Of a DNA stretch of 64,000 bases, positions 28,111 to 35,598 are shown one piece after another. The notes beneath the pieces were generated by a model, which saw nothing but the letters and a program-made list of their open reading frames with translations, did not search any database and was not told the origin of the DNA. Both the position numbers and the translations under genes were made by a program. Origin of the DNA: a virus; the IMG/VR virus record IMGVR_UViG_3300029105_000372, one strand, 5' to 3'. The stretch's first letter is position 1. Each line of letters opens with the position of its first letter.

Positions 28111-28237
28111 AGACGATGAGAGGAATCGAACCTCTATCCGCAGCTTGGGATTGTTATTGAAAGGAGTTTGCTGATTATGCCACTAACATGACATTCTTCT
28201 TAACAGAGCTGCTGTGCTCCCTTTGCACCACATCGCC
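28111..28237 (-). ncRNA. tRNA-like gene with ~56-nt insertion in the anticodon loop (127 nt)
   Basis: Acceptor GGCGATG/CATCGTC (one G.U pair), D arm GTGC-AAAGGGA-GCAC, anticodon stem GCAGC...GCTGC enclosing 63 nt, variable GGAT, T arm AGAGG-TTCGATT-CCTCT. Confidence 0.55.
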
Positions 28238-28242
28238 ATATA

Positions 28243-28360
28243 GAGTGAGGGACGGACTCGAACCGCCGACAACGTCCTTAGCATGGAATGAAAGATTGCT
28301 GTTCAGATCACAAACATGATCCATTTTTCTTTCGTGCTCTACCAACTGAGCTACCTCACT
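28243..28360 (-). ncRNA. tRNA-like gene with ~45-nt insertion between D and T arms (118 nt)
   Basis: Acceptor AGTGAGG/CCTCACT (7/7), U8-A9, D arm GCTC-AGTTGGTA-GAGC, then ~70 nt containing the stem GAAAGA/TCTTTC around a 34-nt loop, then T arm GGCGG-TTCGAGT-CCGTC. Confidence 0.55.
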
Positions 28361-28425
28361 CATGTAATTGGCGCATCTTCTTGATTTGTAAGGACATTTG
28401 CGCCATCGCCTTGATTGGAGAGGGT

Positions 28426-28532
28426 AGGATTTGAACCTACACTACATTTGCCTCTTTGGGTGTATTTGCAACATTATTAAAATGATACGTTTTCACAATA
28501 CAAATTGCGTCTGCCAGTTCCGCTACCTCTCC
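28426..28532 (-). ncRNA. tRNA-like gene (Leu-type D arm) with expanded anticodon region (107 nt)
   Basis: Acceptor GGAGAGG/CCTCTCC (7/7), D arm GCG-GAACTGGCAGA-CGC, anticodon stem ATTTG...CAAAT enclosing 32-50 nt, T arm GTAGG-TTCAAAT-CCTAC. Confidence 0.55.
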
Positions 28533-28565
28533 ATATTCAGTTTTCAATACGGAAATCCGTATGAG

Positions 28566-28684
28566 TTGCGTGGGAGGGAATCGAACCCTCATCTCTTCAT
28601 TTCCAGTGAAAAAAGAATAGTTGCTGTCCGTGCCACATGGAACATGACACCGCTTTAATGTTCTATCCATTGAACTACCACGCA
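28566..28684 (-). ncRNA. tRNA-like gene with ~43-nt insertion between D and T arms (119 nt)
   Basis: Acceptor TGCGTGG/CCACGCA (7/7), U8-A9, D arm GTTC-AATGGATA-GAAC, 65 nt with no canonical anticodon arm, T arm GAGGG-TTCGATT-CCCTC. Confidence 0.55.
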
Positions 28685-28687
28685 ATA

Positions 28688-28759
28688 TTGCGGAGATTGG
28701 ATTTGAACCAACGACCTCCGGGGCATGAACCCGGCAAGCTACCACTGCTCCACTCCGCC
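28688..28759 (-). tRNA. tRNA-Met (anticodon CAT), initiator-like 1:72 mismatch
   Basis: GGCGGAG-TG-GAGC-AGTGGTA-GCTT-G-CCGGG-TTCATGC-CCCGG-AGGTC-GTTGG-TTCAAAT-CCAAT-CTCCGCA-A. Anticodon loop has CAT at positions 34-36. G1xA72 mismatch. Confidence 0.6.
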
Positions 28760-29002
28760 ATAATGCAACCTCGCCCCTAGGTTGCTTTGTAAGTTCTGCT
28801 ATGTCGTTCCTTGCGTTCCTCACTTAACCGGTGCTAACTACGACAGTATGTGACCGGCGGACTTGATTAAACATTTCCGTACACCCGCTTAATGCCCCAC
28901 TATTGGCGGTTCTGCCGAGACCAATGGCAATGTCGATAGGAAATGTCTTTCGGGGAATCTCTCTAACCCAACTGGTTTATCGTCCGAAGTCAGGACGGCT
29001 TT

Positions 29003-29365
29003 TTATAACACTCTGGATATTGTCTTTCCAGAATTATTCAGAATGAATACCATAGTATCAGGAATACCAATGCGGCTATACACATAAGTAACTGTATCTA
29101 AAGTAACCACCGTGAGTGAAACATTCTTCTCTAATGGAGGATCGCCAAGATACCAAATAATGTTATCTCTGCACAATCCGGCAGCACCGATAAGTTCCTT
29201 TGCCTTGTTGAAATTCTTCTGTCTGATTTCCAATTCTTCATCTGAGGATTCAGCGTTGGATATTTGAAGCATATCCTTTTCGATAATAACATCGAAGCAC
29301 TGAATAACCTGGGATTCCTCAAAGGTATCATTTCTGACACCCTTTTTGATTGTTTGTAATATCAT
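29003..29365 (-). CDS. hypothetical protein (120 aa) embedded in the tRNA array
   Basis: Intact ORF with no recognised motif. Confidence 0.35.
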   Translation of the reverse strand: MILQTIKKGVRNDTFEESQVIQCFDVIIEKDMLQISNAESSDEELEIRQKNFNKAKELIGAAGLCRDNIIWYLGDPPLEKNVSLTVVTLDTVTYVYSRIGIPDTMVFILNNSGKTISRVL

Positions 29366-29682
29366 ACCTTTCTTCCTCTCTGTCTACGCCTTTCGGCTTA
29401 TTGCCCCGTTCCGGACCGGGATTGGATAGGTAAGGAATCGGACCTTACACTGGAATATTACGATAGTCGCAGATTACCTCATGTGTTTGGTGCATACGGA
29501 TTTTTGAACCTATCGTATCAAAGGTGGGTGGCTGCCATTCCTGCTTATTCCAATCACTGCACTTTGCGTTGTTGCCACACCGGGACGCACCTTTTCCTCA
29601 ACCGTACTAATATTGCAGTTACCCTTTACTGCCTACTATCCAATTCTGAAACCTCCTCCACCGGTGGAATACGGTTTCATAA

Positions 29683-29765
29683 CGGTGCATACAGGAATCG
29701 AACCTGTACTGCATTTCTGCAGGACGACTTAGCAAGACGCTCCGCTACCATTACGGCAATGCACC
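29683..29765 (-). tRNA. tRNA-Ser (anticodon GCT), type II
   Basis: Acceptor GGTGCAT/ATGCACC, 3-bp D stem, anticodon arm GCGTC-TTGCTAA-GTCGT, variable arm CTGCA-GAAA-TGCAG hairpin, T arm ACAGG-TTCGATT-CCTGT. Confidence 0.6.
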
Positions 29766-29768
29766 ATA

Positions 29769-29852
29769 CGCCGTGTTAGGGATTTGAACCCCAGAGACTT
29801 TTACATCCAGACAGTTTTCAAGACTGCACCCTCGACCAACCGGACACACGGC
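29769..29852 (-). tRNA. tRNA-Ser (anticodon TGA), type II (approximate fold)
   Basis: Acceptor GCCGTGT/ACACGGC, anticodon arm GCAGT-CTTGAAA-ACTGT, long variable arm, T arm TGGGG-TTCAAAT-CCCTA. D arm parse uncertain. Confidence 0.5.
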
Positions 29853-29967
29853 AGAGTAGTTTTCCCTTGGTAACGTACAAGTCGGAGTTCCTCTACCCGC
29901 CGGTCGTAAACGCCCTTTCGTAACCTTTTTGTGGAGTGCTTTGAAAGAGTAAGTCAAGTGTCTCCAA

Positions 29968-30039
29968 CTGGCAAGGTGGGGATCGAACCCACGACATTCT
30001 GATTAACAGTCAGACGCTCTACCACTGAGCTACAAGCCA
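29968..30039 (-). tRNA. tRNA-Asn (anticodon GTT); two U.U mismatches in the acceptor stem
   Basis: D arm GCTC-AGTGGTA-GAGC, anticodon arm TCTGA-CTGTTAA-TCAGA, T arm GTGGG-TTCGATC-CCCAC. Acceptor TGGCTTG/CTTGCCA is imperfect, so this may be a pseudogene. Confidence 0.5.
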
Positions 30040-30042
30040 TTA

Positions 30043-30117
30043 TTGGAGTAACAGGACTCGAACCTGCGCTAACCAACATCCGTAGTGTTGTGCTCTATCC
30101 ATCTGAGCTATACTCCA
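30043..30117 (-). tRNA. tRNA-Arg (anticodon ACG)
   Basis: Acceptor TGGAGTA/TACTCCA, D arm GCTC-AGATGGATA-GAGC, anticodon arm CAACA-CTACGGA-TGTTG, T arm GCAGG-TTCGAGT-CCTGT. Confidence 0.6.
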
Positions 30118-30526
30118 ATGCAGTCCGGCGGCAGCTTGGATGGTTGCCACTACCGAACCGATGCAACGTGTAAGACAGTTGCCAACAAAGGTATTTCATT
30201 TTTTAATGTGGTTCTCGGACCTTGCACCCCTCCACATGGTTCTCATAATCCACCGACTACATACTCAAAGAACCTTTGACGAGTCCAACTCTTTATCGCC
30301 TTACCTCGGATGTACGTTGTTATCGCAGTTCTCCGCCTCTACTACATTCCTCTGCGTTTTGATAGATTTTTTTGTGTAGTTACGGCTCTATCTGCCTTTC
30401 TACTCATGGTTTTCATCTTGAAAATACTCATGCCAAAAGTCACTTAGTGATCACCGGAACCTCGCCACCGCCAATTTTCTTTCCTGTTAAAGCCGGACTA
30501 AGAAAATCAGTTAAGAAATCCGCTCG

Positions 30527-30599
30527 TCCTACGGTGGGGAGTCGAACCCCACTTTCCCCGGCATGGTGTCCGTGGCATTTCCAGTTATGCTATCGTAGG
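30527..30599 (-). ncRNA. tRNA-like gene of canonical length (73 nt) with unpairable anticodon stem (pseudo-tRNA?)
   Basis: Acceptor CCTACGA/CCGTAGG, D arm GCAT-AACTGGAA-ATGC, T arm TGGGG-TTCGACT-CCCCA. The 17-nt anticodon region ACGGACACCATGCCGGG does not form a 5-bp stem. Confidence 0.4.
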
Positions 30600-30803
30600 C
30601 ATCGTTGCAACAATGGTCTTTAGCGTGACTTACGCAAGCTCTCCAAGTTTAAGTCCTGTCGGCTTTCCCGGACTACTCACATAAGCCTCTCAGTGAGCAT
30701 TGCAATCTCCCTATTTAATGATTGCTTACCACGGCTTTCGCCAATACTTTTCAGCCGGAACACTAAACCAACTATAAACAGTCAGCGTTATTCTCAGTTG
30801 AAA

Positions 30804-30875
30804 TGTTCGATGGGAGAATCGAACTCCCGTCCCCACCGTGAAAAGGTGGTATCTTGACCGCTTGACTAATCGAAC
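30804..30875 (-). tRNA. tRNA-Glu (anticodon TTC)
   Basis: Acceptor GTTCGAT/ATCGAAC, anticodon arm CCACC-TTTTCAC-GGTGG, T arm GGGAG-TTCGATT-CTCCC. Confidence 0.6.
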
Positions 30876-31013
30876 AGGTGTGGTTTTTACTTTTTGACTG
30901 GAAGCAAGGTACCCTTTAACCACAAAAAATCGTAACCAGGTTCTTGCAATTCTCCGCAGAGAAGCCGTTCGCGTCCGGTAAATTCTCTGTGAATAGGCTG
31001 CAATCTACCTAAA

Positions 31014-31103
31014 TGGGCGAAAGAGGAATTGAACCTCCAATGTTTACCACGAGGGAACGGATTTACAGTCCGCCGCAACACCACCAATCGTTGCCGTTCG
31101 CCC
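31014..31103 (-). tRNA. tRNA-Tyr (anticodon GTA), long variable arm (90 nt)
   Basis: Acceptor GGGCGAA/TTCGCCC, anticodon arm GCGGA-CTGTAAA-TCCGT, 18-nt variable arm, T arm GGAGG-TTCAATT-CCTCT. Confidence 0.55.
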
Positions 31104-31168
31104 GGAATTTTCTTTGTATCGCCAAGAACATTAGGAAAGAAGCGGTGGGAATCTTGATCGCTAGAGCT

Positions 31169-31202
31169 GCACCCACAGGTGGAATCGAACCACCACACTA
31201 CA
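31169..31202 (-). other. tRNA 3' fragment (T arm plus 3' acceptor strand only)
   Basis: GGTGG-TTCGATT-CCACC followed by TGTGGGT. No matching 5' acceptor strand or D arm lies upstream. Abuts the HU gene stop. Confidence 0.35.
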
Positions 31203-31221
31203 CCAAGTTCGCTCCGATCAT

Positions 31222-31533
31222 TTAGCGATTCACTTCATCTTTCAGTACTTTACCGGCTTTGAACTTAGGTGCTTTGCAAGCCGGAATGGAAATCTCTTTT
31301 CCGTTCTGAGGGTTCTTACCAACTCTGGCAGCACGCTCAGTCACTTCAAATGTTCCAAAACCGACCAACTGCACTTTTCCGCCTTTTCCAAGTTCTCCGC
31401 CTACAATCTCAACAAATGCGTTGAGTGCTTTTTCAGCATCACTTTTGGAAAGTCCGGCATCGTCAGCCATTGCCTGTACTAATTCAGCTTTATTCATTGC
31501 TCTGTACCTCCGTTGTTGGTGAAAGATCTCCAA
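31222..31533 (-). CDS. hup: HU-family DNA-binding protein (103 aa)
   Basis: MNKAELVQAMA...GFGTFEVTERAARVGKNPQNGKEISIPA, a near-consensus HU/IHF signature. Confidence 0.85.
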   Translation of the reverse strand: MEIFHQQRRYRAMNKAELVQAMADDAGLSKSDAEKALNAFVEIVGGELGKGGKVQLVGFGTFEVTERAARVGKNPQNGKEISIPACKAPKFKAGKVLKDEVNR

Positions 31534-32467
31534 TGTCTACGATTGTGTCTGTGCCATCAGACAGTGACACTTTCGGCAGTGCGCCGTCCCACTTCTCCAA
31601 ATACATCTGCTGCAAGATCTTATTCGTCAGTGAATCATTCAACAGTTTGTTGGCATCTGCCTCTCCCTGCGCTTTAATAACGGCAGCGTCAGCTTCGCCC
31701 TGCGCCTGAGTGGTTTTTACCTTAGCATCCGCCTCGGCAGCTTCGATCTTTTTCTGATTTTCAATCTGCTGCTGTTCATAAGCCAACTGTGCGGTCTGTT
31801 TTTCAGCGATTGCCTGATTGTAACTGTCCTCAAAATCAGTATTGGCAATTACTACCTTGTTGATGATTACTACGTCCTCTCCATATTTCTCATCGAGGGC
31901 TTTCTGAATGTTCTGCATGGAAAGAGGCTCTACAATTCCTCTGTTCGTTGCATCTGTTGAGGTCAAGGACTTACTGCTTGTCTTGATTGCGGAAGCCACA
32001 AGTGTCTGCGTTACAAGGTTTTCCTTATAGTTGCTGACGTTGGCATAAATCCATGCGGACATTTCCGGGTTGATCTGGTATGTAACTGTGATGTCATCAT
32101 AATACAGTGCTGTTCTCTCTGATGTTTCAGACCAAATCTGTCCGTCAAACACAATGTCCTGCTGCTTGTTGTTGACTTTCTCAATCTTCTGGACGAATGG
32201 GATCTTCCAATTTGCGCCGTTCTGTATTGTTGTCTCATCAATCTGTCCGAATGTGCTTTTAACTCCGGTATATCCGGTCGGTATAATCACGAGTGAATTA
32301 CCTACTCCGAATACAATCAGACCAACAAGCATCACAACAACAAAACCTTTTGGGAATTTTGCTTTCTCATTTCCCTTTTCCTCGATTTCATACTGTTTTA
32401 ACGAACATCCTGCAATGATGCCGCCGAGGAAAAGTATGATTCCGATGATCGTCAAAATGATACTCAT
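31490..32467 (-). CDS. SPFH / band-7 (stomatin-prohibitin-like) membrane protein (325 aa)
   Basis: N-terminal TM helix, then a band-7 core (IPTGYTGVKSTFGQI...NWKIPFVQKIEKVNNKQQDIVF) and a C-terminal coiled coil (AEKQTAQLAYEQQQIENQKKIEAAEADAK). Confidence 0.7.
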   Translation of the reverse strand: MSIILTIIGIILFLGGIIAGCSLKQYEIEEKGNEKAKFPKGFVVVMLVGLIVFGVGNSLVIIPTGYTGVKSTFGQIDETTIQNGANWKIPFVQKIEKVNNKQQDIVFDGQIWSETSERTALYYDDITVTYQINPEMSAWIYANVSNYKENLVTQTLVASAIKTSSKSLTSTDATNRGIVEPLSMQNIQKALDEKYGEDVVIINKVVIANTDFEDSYNQAIAEKQTAQLAYEQQQIENQKKIEAAEADAKVKTTQAQGEADAAVIKAQGEADANKLLNDSLTNKILQQMYLEKWDGALPKVSLSDGTDTIVDIGDLSPTTEVQSNE

Positions 32468-32629
32468 TCCGTTCTCCTTTTCCGTTTGTATTGCTACCTC
32501 TGGTAGCCGTCACGGTCATGCGCTGGACATTCCGTTTCTGTTCTGCATCGGCGCACTCAACCACCTTACTTCGTCTGGTCTATCTTGGTGTAGCTTCCAT
32601 TTACCCGGGAAATGCCAGATCGCCATGCG

Positions 32630-32703
32630 TGGACCATCAGGGACTTGAACCCCGGACCATCCGGTTATGAGCCGGACGCTCTAACCAACTGAGCTAATGG
32701 TCC
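32630..32703 (-). tRNA. tRNA-Met or tRNA-Ile2 (anticodon CAT)
   Basis: Acceptor GGACCAT/ATGGTCC, D arm GCTC-AGTTGGTTA-GAGC, anticodon arm TCCGG-CTCATAA-CCGGA, T arm CGGGG-TTCAAGT-CCCTG. Confidence 0.6.
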
Positions 32704-32803
32704 ATACCTCACACTTGGGGAGATTTCATGTGAGGTCTCGGAGGATCATTATAAGTGGGAACCCTCCGATGTAGGATTTCTGTCGGGGAACAGTAATCCT
32801 AAG

Positions 32804-32876
32804 TGGGAAGTGTTGGTGTCGAACCAACTCCTATGGATTTTCAGTCCATCGCTTCTACCGAGTTAGCTTACTTCCC
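32804..32876 (-). tRNA. tRNA-Phe (anticodon GAA)
   Basis: Acceptor GGGAAGT/ACTTCCC, anticodon arm ATGGA-CTGAAAA-TCCAT, T arm GTTGG-TTCGACA-CCAAC. D arm parse approximate. Confidence 0.55.
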
Positions 32877-33029
32877 ATATTACGGCACTGTTACTGTGCC
32901 GTAATGGTTAGGAGAAACTTTAATGCCAAATACCTTGTGTTCACTCCGCTTAACTTATGTCCGTGTCACTTGGTATGGTCGTAGTATAGCGCACTAAACA
33001 TTCTTTGTCAAGTGGAATAAACAATATTT

Positions 33030-33284
33030 TCAAAAAAATTTGTTTTTCTGTGTGCAGTCGGCTTTACAACCGTTTTTCTGAACATCAGAAATCAACTTGC
33101 TTACAGGGATTTTGAGAAAATTTGCTATATCGTATATCTTGTCGATTGACGGATAACTTTTGCATTGTTCCCAATCGCTCACGGTATTCTGTGCCACATG
33201 AACGCCCGTTGCAAGTTCGTGTTGTGTAATTCCCCTATTCGTTCTTTCTTTTTTCAAGTTGGTGGCGAAACTATATTGTCCCAT
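33030..33284 (-). CDS. XRE-family HTH transcriptional regulator (84 aa)
   Basis: RTNRGITQHELATGVHVAQNTVSDWEQCKSYPSIDKIYDIANFLKIPVSKL is a classic Cro/CI-type HTH. Confidence 0.6.
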   Translation of the reverse strand: MGQYSFATNLKKERTNRGITQHELATGVHVAQNTVSDWEQCKSYPSIDKIYDIANFLKIPVSKLISDVQKNGCKADCTQKNKFF

Positions 33285-33295
33285 GCTATCCCTTT

Positions 33296-34948
33296 CTATA
33301 TTCCTAAGTCACTTCTCTTTACTACCTGTCCCTCTCCTCCAAGAAGAGCATCTACAAACTGGGCGAACATTGCCAGAGTGTCCGGCGCATCATCATGTTT
33401 ATTTTTTCCGAGCTGTGTATAACTGCAAAGGAATGACATCATCACACCGTAATCACTCTTAGGCTCATATTCTGTAATATCCTTGAATATGACGTGTTCC
33501 TTAACCCATGAAGAATTGACGATGATCTTGGTCTCTTTGTTCTGAGTAGTGTATTTCTTCGTGATATGGCATCTGCCGCCTTTTGCTTTGACAAGTCTCT
33601 CAACTTCATTTGCGGTTCTGCTACCCTCTTTGTTGCTCTCGAACTGTGCCTGCTGTACATGATGCTTAACAAGCATATCTGAGTTGAGTTCGTCCAAGGT
33701 CCCAGGGTCGATGTTCTTGAATACCAGATCTTCCAGATAGTATCTGTCTCCGTACTGGTAGAAAACTCCGAGGAAGTTGTAGTCTGTACCGGTGTCCTTG
33801 GTATCGCAGATTGCCAATATAGAATCCGGTTCTCTGTCCGGCAGTCCTCCGATATATCTCTGTAATTCTGTTGGATGATACAGAATACCCTCTCTCTCAA
33901 TCGGATCGCTCTTATACAGGCAGCGATATGAAACATCATCCATCGACATTTCCATATCGTGGAAGTATTTCTCATCAAATCCAACATCGTAATCGTAATC
34001 AAAGTTGCTTTTTCCGGTCTGAGGATCAATGTCTGGAACAGCAATGAACTCTGCCCTCGGATTGCCCTCATACATTCTTTCAAGCCGGCCAATAACATCA
34101 TGCACGCTCCATCGGGTTGCAATGTGGATCTCTTTTGCTTTCTTCTTTTTACGAGATTTAAGGTCTGTGGTGTACTCTCCGTACAACTTATCCAGACGAT
34201 CAATAGACAGAGCCTCTTCGATACCGGAAACCAAATCATCCACATACAGAAATCCCTCACAACGGGTAACACCGGTAAGGGAACCTCTGATTGGTCTGCA
34301 GGTCAGTGTCTTAAACGGTTGCCATCTTCCAAGGTTTATTGTCTCTTCTTTTGCATTGTTTCCCTCAAATACAATGTCCGGGAACACATCGCTCCAACAA
34401 TATTCATTACTGGTAATTATGTTGAGAACGGCATCATAGAACATTCTCGTCATAAATCCAGAATGTGAGGACATAAGGTTTGGTGTGTTTGGGTAATGCC
34501 CCATTACAAACGATATAAAAAACTCTCCCAGTGTGGTCTTGCCGGTGCCAGGAGGCATTGATATTGATAGAATATCCAACTCATCATCAATAAGCCTCTG
34601 CATCTTCTGTACAAGCCAATAAATCTTATTTCTTCGTGGCTGATAGTATCTGTCCTCGGGATCTCTGTTCTTTTCCACATAAAGCAGATAAGAGTCAAAA
34701 TCCTTATGTTCCTGTGCCAAGAACAAAAGAGCCTTATTGTACAAATCGTAATATTTAATATCTCCTGTTGCACATAGTCTCAGTGCAAGGAATCTGACCT
34801 TATTCGCTAATTTCCGTGAAAGTTCTTTATCTTCCCGGATAACCTCATTTGCCATTCCGAGTAAGGACAGAAGATTGTCATAGTCACTCAGATCGCTTTT
34901 CAGAAGCCTTACGATAATCTCTTTATTCGATAGTTCGTGTTGAGCCAT
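33296..34948 (-). CDS. terL: terminase large subunit (550 aa)
   Basis: Walker-A-like SMPPGTGKTT, acidic catalytic segments, and the C-terminal nuclease-domain motif GKNKHDDAPDTLAMF. Confidence 0.8.
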   Translation of the reverse strand: MAQHELSNKEIIVRLLKSDLSDYDNLLSLLGMANEVIREDKELSRKLANKVRFLALRLCATGDIKYYDLYNKALLFLAQEHKDFDSYLLYVEKNRDPEDRYYQPRRNKIYWLVQKMQRLIDDELDILSISMPPGTGKTTLGEFFISFVMGHYPNTPNLMSSHSGFMTRMFYDAVLNIITSNEYCWSDVFPDIVFEGNNAKEETINLGRWQPFKTLTCRPIRGSLTGVTRCEGFLYVDDLVSGIEEALSIDRLDKLYGEYTTDLKSRKKKKAKEIHIATRWSVHDVIGRLERMYEGNPRAEFIAVPDIDPQTGKSNFDYDYDVGFDEKYFHDMEMSMDDVSYRCLYKSDPIEREGILYHPTELQRYIGGLPDREPDSILAICDTKDTGTDYNFLGVFYQYGDRYYLEDLVFKNIDPGTLDELNSDMLVKHHVQQAQFESNKEGSRTANEVERLVKAKGGRCHITKKYTTQNKETKIIVNSSWVKEHVIFKDITEYEPKSDYGVMMSFLCSYTQLGKNKHDDAPDTLAMFAQFVDALLGGEGQVVKRSDLGI

Positions 34949-34991
34949 GAAAATTCATCCTTTCTCACGGCTCTACACGGCTCTGTAATAT

Positions 34992-35330
34992 TTAAGGTTT
35001 TACCACATTTACTGACGCACGGATTATAATGCCACGGCGCGCCGGATTTTCGTTTGTTTCAAATTTGATAAAACCCTCGTCGGCAAGTTTTAACCCTATT
35101 CTGCTTGCCAATTTTCCATGAACATATTCTGTTGCACCATCACGTCCTGCATTGAATATATCCATCTCCATGCACTCGGCATATCTTTCTATCGGTCTTT
35201 CATCATACCTCACTCGAAACAGAGGTTTCTCTATCTGCGGCTGCGGTCTCATTCTCCGTTCCGGTCTCTTTCTCCAATGTGGTCTGTTTACCGCCCGTCT
35301 CTGTCTGCGCATCTTTTCCTCCCTCCGCAT
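34992..35330 (-). CDS. basic hypothetical protein immediately upstream of terL (112 aa)
   Basis: Arg-rich N-terminus. Overlaps ORF 35203..35598 in another frame, so one of the two may be spurious. Confidence 0.3.
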   Translation of the reverse strand: MRREEKMRRQRRAVNRPHWRKRPERRMRPQPQIEKPLFRVRYDERPIERYAECMEMDIFNAGRDGATEYVHGKLASRIGLKLADEGFIKFETNENPARRGIIIRASVNVVKP

Positions 35331-35598
35331 TTTTACGATCTCTCACGCTCTTACTGCAAACACTCAGAATAACCATATTGAGATGCTTATTCTGTTCTTT
35401 GAGCTGAGAGTTCTGTTCCAACAGCAGCTCATTCATCTGTGTAATTTCTTTCTTTACTTCATTGTTGGACTTTGCATCTTTCCAACCCACAACAATGTAA
35501 AGTACCAATATCGCAATCCAAATGATTGCTAAAATAACATCTACCATTCTTTTATTCCTCCGGCATATAATAAACTCCGCAGCTATACGCTGTAACAT
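35203..35598 (-). CDS. membrane-anchored coiled-coil protein (131 aa)
   Basis: TM helix VDVILAIIWIAILVLYIVVGW followed by a coiled coil. Confidence 0.3.
   Translation of the reverse strand: MLQRIAAEFIICRRNKRMVDVILAIIWIAILVLYIVVGWKDAKSNNEVKKEITQMNELLLEQNSQLKEQNKHLNMVILSVCSKSVRDRKNAEGGKDAQTETGGKQTTLEKETGTENETAAADRETSVSSEV

Noticed and set aside
28111-28684. Interpretation of the anticodon-loop insertions as group I introns
   Set aside because: Bacterial and phage tRNA group I introns are over 200 nt with conserved P, Q, R and S elements. These inserts are 6-56 nt and share no obvious conserved core.
30118-30526. RNase P RNA, tmRNA or 6S RNA in the ORF-less stretch of the array
   Set aside because: I could not find GGAAAGTCCGG-type P4 elements, a tmRNA tag reading frame ending ALAA-stop, or a 5' GGGG/3' CCA tRNA-like pairing.
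28175-30923. Short ORFs inside the tRNA array (28175..28363, 28437..28823, 29131..29340, 30085..30279, 30140..30379, 30372..30623, 30726..30923)
   Set aside because: They overlap tRNA or tRNA-like genes or structured spacers, have no RBS, and their translations track tRNA sequence.
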